64,000 nucleotides of DNA from NCBI GenBank assembly GCA_965242695.1, contig CBDESU010000002.1, positions 96,001 to 160,000 on the forward strand. Reading direction: 5' to 3'. The stretch is from Cenarchaeum sp. (GTDB lineage: Archaea; Thermoproteota; Nitrososphaeria; Nitrososphaerales; Nitrosopumilaceae). Below the pieces are notes generated by a model, which was given only the letters and a program-made list of their open reading frames with translations, was not told the origin of the DNA and made no database searches. Below, piece after piece: positions 58,833 to 64,000 of this stretch. Both the position numbers and the translations under genes were made by a program. Position 1 is the first letter of the stretch. Each line of letters begins with the position of its first letter.

Positions 58833-60257
58833 GTGTCCGGGTTCAGGGGGTACGCGGGGAGGTCGCTCGAGTTCCTCAGGGAGCGCGGCATCGAGGTCGG
58901 CGACCGCGTAAGGGCCGCGGCCGGCGGAACCGCCCACGAGGGGATCGTCATGCCGCGGTACGAGTCCGGGGGCGGCGGGGCGGGGGGGCGGCTGGTCCTC
59001 AAGCTCGCCAGCGGCTACAACGTCGGCATCGAGGTCGAGGAGATCGAGGGGGCCGAGATCGTCGCCAAGGGAGGCGGAAGCGCCGCGGAGGATCGGGCCG
59101 GGGGGCAGGGGCCGGCCGGCGAAGGGGAGGGGGCGGGCGGGGAGCTGCCGCGCATACTGCTGCTCTCGACCGGCGGGACGATAGCGAGCCGCATAGACTA
59201 CCGGACGGGCGCCGTGACGCCGGCCGTGACGGCCGGCGAGCTGAGCGCGTCGGTGCCAGAGCTCGGCGGGATCGCCCGCGTCGAGCCGCGCATACTGTTC
59301 TCCGAGTACTCGGAAAACATAGAGCCGCGCCACTGGATGCGCCTGGCCTCCGAGCTCGACTCGGCCGCCGGCGAAGGGGGGGACGAGGGGGGCGGGGGCG
59401 GGGGCGGGTACGCCGGCGCCATCGTGGCCCACGGCACGGACACCATGCAGTACACGGCCTCGTACGTCTCGTTTGCGCTGCGCGGGTACCCGATGCCCGT
59501 CGCGTTCGTAGGCTCGCAGCGGTCGTCGGACCGGCCCTCGTCGGACGCCGCGCTCAACCTGATCGCCGCGGCGAGGCTGATCGCAAGCGGCAGGGCCGGC
59601 AGGGGCGTGTACGTCGTAATGCACGCGGACGGGGGCGACTCGGCCGCGGCATGCCACCTCGGCACGCGGGTCCGCAAGTGCCACACGAGCAGGCGGGACG
59701 CGTTCCGCACGATAGGCGGGGAGCCGGCGTTCGTCGTGAGGCACGACAGGGGCGGAGAGGTGCAGGCGGCGGGGGGGAGCGGCGGGGGCGGGGCGCCGGA
59801 CTACTTTGGCGGGGCGCGCTACTCGCCCGAGATCGCGGCCGGCGAGGGCGCCATCCTCGTAAAGTGCCATCCCGGGTACGACCCCGCGGCCCTCGACCAC
59901 ATGATCGAGGCGGGCAGGTGCAGGGCAGTCATATTCGAGGGCACGGGCCTAGGACACGTCGGCAGGCCGCTGTACCCGACCGTCAAGAGGGCCGCCGAGC
60001 GGGGCATCTTCATGGGGATGACGTCGCAGTGCGTCGAGGGAAGGGTTCGCATGACCGTGTACGAGAGCGGCCGCGACCTGCTGGCCATGGGCATCGTCCC
60101 GCTCGGCGACATGCTCGCCGAGACCGCCCTTGCAAAGGCCGTCTGGGCCCTCGGCAGGGAGGACGCGCGCGGCGGGGGCGGGGGCCGGCGGACGGCGGCG
60201 GAGTCGCTGCGCAGCGCCATGCTCGAGCCGATCGCCTCCGAGGCAGCGGCCGGATAG
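58833..60257 (+). CDS. gatD: Glu-tRNA(Gln) amidotransferase subunit D
   Basis: KLASGYNVG, TGGTIASRIDY.TG, HGTDT, GSQRSSDRPSSD. Confidence 0.95.
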   Translation: MSGFRGYAGRSLEFLRERGIEVGDRVRAAAGGTAHEGIVMPRYESGGGGAGGRLVLKLASGYNVGIEVEEIEGAEIVAKGGGSAAEDRAGGQGPAGEGEGAGGELPRILLLSTGGTIASRIDYRTGAVTPAVTAGELSASVPELGGIARVEPRILFSEYSENIEPRHWMRLASELDSAAGEGGDEGGGGGGGYAGAIVAHGTDTMQYTASYVSFALRGYPMPVAFVGSQRSSDRPSSDAALNLIAAARLIASGRAGRGVYVVMHADGGDSAAACHLGTRVRKCHTSRRDAFRTIGGEPAFVVRHDRGGEVQAAGGSGGGGAPDYFGGARYSPEIAAGEGAILVKCHPGYDPAALDHMIEAGRCRAVIFEGTGLGHVGRPLYPTVKRAAERGIFMGMTSQCVEGRVRMTVYESGRDLLAMGIVPLGDMLAETALAKAVWALGREDARGGGGGRRTAAESLRSAMLEPIASEAAAG

Positions 60258-60320
60258 GCGGCGCAGGACGCCCCGCAGGGGGCGGGGTAGGTTTAATGGG
60301 CGGCCGCCGGAGGGCAGCCC

Positions 60321-62318
60321 ATGGCCGGGGCCCACGGCGGGGGCGATGCGGACTACTACGGCCGGATAGGCCTCGTCGTCGGCCTGGAGATACACCAGCA
60401 GCTGGCGACCGGCCGCAAGCTGTTCTGCGGATGCAGGCAGGGCGGAGGAGGGGCAGGGGATGCCGGCGGCGAGCAGTCCGGCGGCTTTTCAAGGTCGCTG
60501 CGCGCATCAAAGAGCGAGACGGGGCGGTACGATCCGGCCGCCGTATTCGAGAGCGGCAAGGCCGCGACGATCACGTACAGGAGGGGCGCGGCCGGCACAA
60601 GCTGCCTCGTCGAAGAGGACGACGAGCCGCCGCACGACCTGGACGGCGATGCGCTGCGGACGTCGCTGATCGTGGCGGCGGCCCTCGGCTCGCGGGTCTT
60701 CCGCGAGCTGTTCCCCATGCGCAAGATGGTCATTGACGGGTCCAACACGTCCGGCTTCCAGCGGACGATGCTCGTAGCCCAGGGCGGCAGCCTGGCGGTC
60801 GGGGGGAGGGAGGCGGGGAAGGGAGGCGGCGGCCCCGTCGGCGTCCAGTCCATATGCCTCGAAGAGGACGCTGCCAGGCTGCTCGGCGGCGGCTCGGGCG
60901 GCGCGCGGGAGTACTGCCTGGACCGGCTCGGCGTTCCGCTGGTCGAGATCGCGCTCGAGCCGACCAGGGCCAGCCCCGGCAGGACCAGGATGATCGCCGT
61001 CTCGGTCGGCAGGCTGCTGCGCGCCAGCGGAAGGGTCGCGCGCGGTATCGGCACGATAAGGCAGGACGTCAACGTCTCGGTCGGCGGCGGGCCGGTCGTC
61101 GAGGTCAAGGGCGTCCAGCAGCTCGACCAGCTCGAAAAGGTCGTCGCGTTCGAGGCAAGGCGGCAGGACGGGCTCAACCTGATCGCCGAGAGGCTGAGGG
61201 CGGCGGCAGGGGGCGAAGGCGGCGGGCGGTTCGCATCGGCCGACGTGACGGGCGCCATGGAGGGGTGCGCATCAAAGATAGTCAAGGGGGCGATCGCCGG
61301 CGGCGGCAGGATCATCGCAGTGCGCGCCGCGGGGTTTTCCGGGCTGCTCGGCTACGAGCCGCACGAGGGCATCAGGCTCGGCCGCGAGATCGCGCAGGCC
61401 GTCAAGCCCTACGGCATCGGCGGCGTGTTCCACACCGACGAGCTTCCAGCGTACGGAATCTCCGGCGGGGACGTAGAGGCCGCATCCCGCGCCGCTGGCG
61501 CCGGCCCCGGCGACGCCGTGCTCCTGCTGGCCGCGCCGCCCGCCGTAGCCGGCGCGGCCGCCGGCCAGGTGATCGCCCGCCTCGAGCAGGCCCTGCGTGG
61601 CGCGCCTGCCGAGACGCGGCAGGCCCAGCCCGACGGGACGACGACCTACCTCAGGCCGCGGCCGGGCCCCGCAAGAATGTACCCCGAGACGGACATACCG
61701 CCCGTCATGGTCGCCGGCGGCGACCTCGACGAGGCCGCCGCCGCGGCGCCGCCGCCGTGGGAGGACCTTGTCGCGGGCCTCGCCGAAAGGCTCGGGCTCA
61801 ACGCGCAGCTCGCCGAGCAGGCCCTCGACTCGGGCCGCGCCGCGCTGCTCGAGAGGGTGTGCGCCGACCGGCGCGTCCCGCCCAACTTTGCCGCATCCGC
61901 CATATGCTCGACCCTGGCATCCCTGCAGAAGAGGGACGGCCTGGACGCCGGCCGCCTCGCGGACGCGGAGATCGCCGAGACCTTTGCGATGCTCGCCGAC
62001 GGCCGCATAACAAAGGATGCCGTCGCGATGATATTCGAGAGGATAATGGCCGGCGAGTCGGGGACGGCCGCCGGCGCGGCCGGCGGCCAGGGCCCCGCCG
62101 ACGGCGACGAGATATCGCGCATCCTCGACGAGGTCGTCGCCGAGCGGGCAGACTATATCGACAGGGCCGGCGAGCGGGCCGCAAAGCCGCTCATGGGAGC
62201 CGCCATGGCCAGGCTGCGCGGCAGGGCCAAGGGCGGCGACGTGAGCCGCATGCTGGCCGACAAGATCAGGGCCCGGCTCGACGGCGGGGGCCAGCGGGGC
62301 GAGGGCAGGGCCGCATGA
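60321..62318 (+). CDS. gatE: Glu-tRNA(Gln) amidotransferase subunit E
   Basis: GLEIHQQL, DGSNTSGFQRT, LDRLG.PL.EI, IRQD.NVS, RMYPETD. Confidence 0.95.
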   Translation: MAGAHGGGDADYYGRIGLVVGLEIHQQLATGRKLFCGCRQGGGGAGDAGGEQSGGFSRSLRASKSETGRYDPAAVFESGKAATITYRRGAAGTSCLVEEDDEPPHDLDGDALRTSLIVAAALGSRVFRELFPMRKMVIDGSNTSGFQRTMLVAQGGSLAVGGREAGKGGGGPVGVQSICLEEDAARLLGGGSGGAREYCLDRLGVPLVEIALEPTRASPGRTRMIAVSVGRLLRASGRVARGIGTIRQDVNVSVGGGPVVEVKGVQQLDQLEKVVAFEARRQDGLNLIAERLRAAAGGEGGGRFASADVTGAMEGCASKIVKGAIAGGGRIIAVRAAGFSGLLGYEPHEGIRLGREIAQAVKPYGIGGVFHTDELPAYGISGGDVEAASRAAGAGPGDAVLLLAAPPAVAGAAAGQVIARLEQALRGAPAETRQAQPDGTTTYLRPRPGPARMYPETDIPPVMVAGGDLDEAAAAAPPPWEDLVAGLAERLGLNAQLAEQALDSGRAALLERVCADRRVPPNFAASAICSTLASLQKRDGLDAGRLADAEIAETFAMLADGRITKDAVAMIFERIMAGESGTAAGAAGGQGPADGDEISRILDEVVAERADYIDRAGERAAKPLMGAAMARLRGRAKGGDVSRMLADKIRARLDGGGQRGEGRAA

Positions 62319-62450
62319 CGCGGCGCCTGCCCGCGCCGCGCCCCGTCCCGACCCGGGCCTTGGCTGGCAGGCGGCGGCGAACGCAGCCTCCGCGGACCTG
62401 CGGCGCGGCAACGGCCTCACGGCTGCGCGAAGCGCCGTTTTGCTGCGGGA

Positions 62451-62535
62451 TGCGGGAGATGGGATTCGAACCCACGAACTCCTGAGAGACAAGGACCTGA
62501 ACCTTGCGCCTTTGACCAGGCTGGGCGACTCCCGC
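62451..62535 (-). tRNA. tRNA-Leu (CAG)
   Basis: GCGGGAG acceptor, anticodon arm CAAGG-TTCAGGT-CCTTG, long variable arm, GTTCGAATCC. Confidence 0.93.
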
Positions 62536-62604
62536 GCGGGGGCGCGCCCCGGTCCCCAATAAGTCTCTTTATGGTTAAAAGGGGCGCCTGCGGCGGGGCG
62601 CCGC

Positions 62605-62832
62605 TTGATCGTCTACCGCGAGCTGTACTGCCGCGACTGCGACAAGATCATCGGGAGGTACAACGCAAAGTACTACACCGAGGCGCGCGTCGGCGAGGTC
62701 GTCAACATGTGCCACACGGGCCACGTAAAGCTCGGGCACGACGTGGAGCAGAGGCGCGTCGTCGTCGAGGCCGGCGCGGCGAGGCCCGCGGGGGTTGGGC
62801 CCGCCCGGCAGCCTAGCCGCCGCTCTCCCTGA
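62605..62832 (+). CDS. Small Zn-binding hypothetical protein
   Basis: LYCRDC..H..GH; TTAAAA upstream of TTG. Confidence 0.55.
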   Translation: MIVYRELYCRDCDKIIGRYNAKYYTEARVGEVVNMCHTGHVKLGHDVEQRRVVVEAGAARPAGVGPARQPSRRSP

Positions 62833-63886
62833 ACTTCTTGAGCAGCTTGCGCTGCTCGCGGCTGACCTTGCGCGGTATGTTCACGACAACCCTCACGTAC
62901 AGGTCGCCGCGCCCCGAGTTGTGGAGCGGGATGCCCCGCCCCCTGAGCCGTATGAGCGAGTTCGGCTGCGAGCCAGAGTCGACCTTTACCTCCCTAGGCC
63001 CGTCGAGCGTCGGCACCTCGAACCTGCCGCCGAGCACCGCGTCGACCATGCCCACGTCCAGGTCGTAGTGGAGGTCCCTGCCGTCCCGCTTGAGGACGGG
63101 GTGCGGCTCGACGGCGACCTCGACCACAAGGTCGCCGCTCTGCCCGCCGGGGACGAACTCGCCCTTGCCCTCCACCGTGTAGTTCCCCTCGACCGTCCCC
63201 GGTGGGAGCGCAAAGTCCAGGTCCTCCCTGCCCTGCACGGCCCTGCGCCCCCTGCACTCGGGGCACGGGCTCTTGACGACCTTGCCCTCCCCGCCGCACT
63301 CGGGGCACGTCGAGATGGCCATGGCGATCCCGAACGGGGTCCTCTGCTGCCGCCGCACCTGGCCGCGCCCGCCGCACGCCCCGCACCGCTCCGGCGACGT
63401 TCCCGGCGCGCACCCCGTCGCCCTGCACTTGGGGCAGGGGACGCCCTTGCGCATGGTGATCTTCACCCTCTTGCCGCGCAGCACCTCTTCGAGCGTCACC
63501 GTGGTGCGGAACAGGATGTCGCGGCCGCGGCGCTGCTGAGGGCCCTGGAAGCCGCCGCCGAAGATCGACTCGAACCCGCCGCCGCGCCCGAACAGGTCGC
63601 TGAATATGTCCGAAAAGCTCCCGCGCGCGCCCTGGAAGATGTCCTCTGTGCTGTACTGGCTGTCGACTCCCTCGTGGCCGTACGAGTCGTACACGGCGCG
63701 CTTCTTCGGGTCGGACAGGACGGCGTACGCCTCTGAGACCTCCTTGAAGTGCTCGGCGGCCTCGTCGGACTTGTTTCGATCCGGATGGAACTTTAGCGCG
63801 AGCTTGCGGTACTGCGACTTTACCTCCGCCGGGGTGGCGCCCTTGCCGACGCCAAGCACCTCGTAGTAGTCCCTCTTGGCGCTCAT
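62813..63886 (-). CDS. dnaJ: Chaperone DnaJ
   Basis: J domain with HPD, G/F region, four CxxCxxxG repeats. Confidence 0.96.
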   Translation of the reverse strand: MSAKRDYYEVLGVGKGATPAEVKSQYRKLALKFHPDRNKSDEAAEHFKEVSEAYAVLSDPKKRAVYDSYGHEGVDSQYSTEDIFQGARGSFSDIFSDLFGRGGGFESIFGGGFQGPQQRRGRDILFRTTVTLEEVLRGKRVKITMRKGVPCPKCRATGCAPGTSPERCGACGGRGQVRRQQRTPFGIAMAISTCPECGGEGKVVKSPCPECRGRRAVQGREDLDFALPPGTVEGNYTVEGKGEFVPGGQSGDLVVEVAVEPHPVLKRDGRDLHYDLDVGMVDAVLGGRFEVPTLDGPREVKVDSGSQPNSLIRLRGRGIPLHNSGRGDLYVRVVVNIPRKVSREQRKLLKKFRESGG

Positions 63887-63918
63887 GTCCGCACTAGTTC
63901 ACCCTTTGGTACAAGCGG

Positions 63919-64000
63919 CTAGGGCGCCGGCCCCCTGCCCTGCTGATCGCCGCCGGGCTGCGCCTCCTCGGCCGTGCCGGGGCCGGGCTGCGCCTCCTCG
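63919..64000 (-). CDS. 3' tail of upstream gene, probably DnaK
   Basis: EEAQPG repeats ending TAG just upstream of dnaJ; assigned by synteny only. Confidence 0.35.
   Translation of the reverse strand, partial: EEAQPGPGTAEEAQPGGDQQGRGPAP

Overview
Very GC-rich archaeal chromosome segment. Gene content and order point to an ammonia-oxidising Nitrososphaerota/Nitrosopumilaceae genome, possibly a Cenarchaeum-like host-associated lineage (inference). Most of the window is housekeeping: tiaS, dph2, csl4, pheA, guaB/guaA, folP/mptE, thermosome, rpl44e/rps27e/rpl2, a cobalamin cluster, asd, cyoE, ubiD, tetraether synthase, pelota, cdc48, gatDE, dnaJ, tRNA-iMet, tRNA-Leu and SRP RNA. The first 7.8 kb holds two lower-GC accessory blocks around tRNA-iMet/tiaS. 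One is an AbiE-like type IV toxin-antitoxin pair. The other is a compact operon encoding a ubiquitin-like/E2 fusion, a JAB/E1 fusion and a beta-rich domain-TIR protein split by an A8 frameshift; this looks like an archaeal Bub/Bil-type ubiquitin-like conjugation system coupled to a TIR effector and is the top candidate novel system. A second unexplained pattern is the recurrence, at unrelated loci, of a ~36-37 bp direct duplication flanking a ~35-36 bp unique coding-like insert, the geometry expected of ectopic CRISPR spacer integration. Also noted: a 14-nt D-loop hairpin in tRNA-iMet, an apparent ACG start on guaA, and several large repeat proteins. All calls come from motif recognition by eye; no database searches were run.
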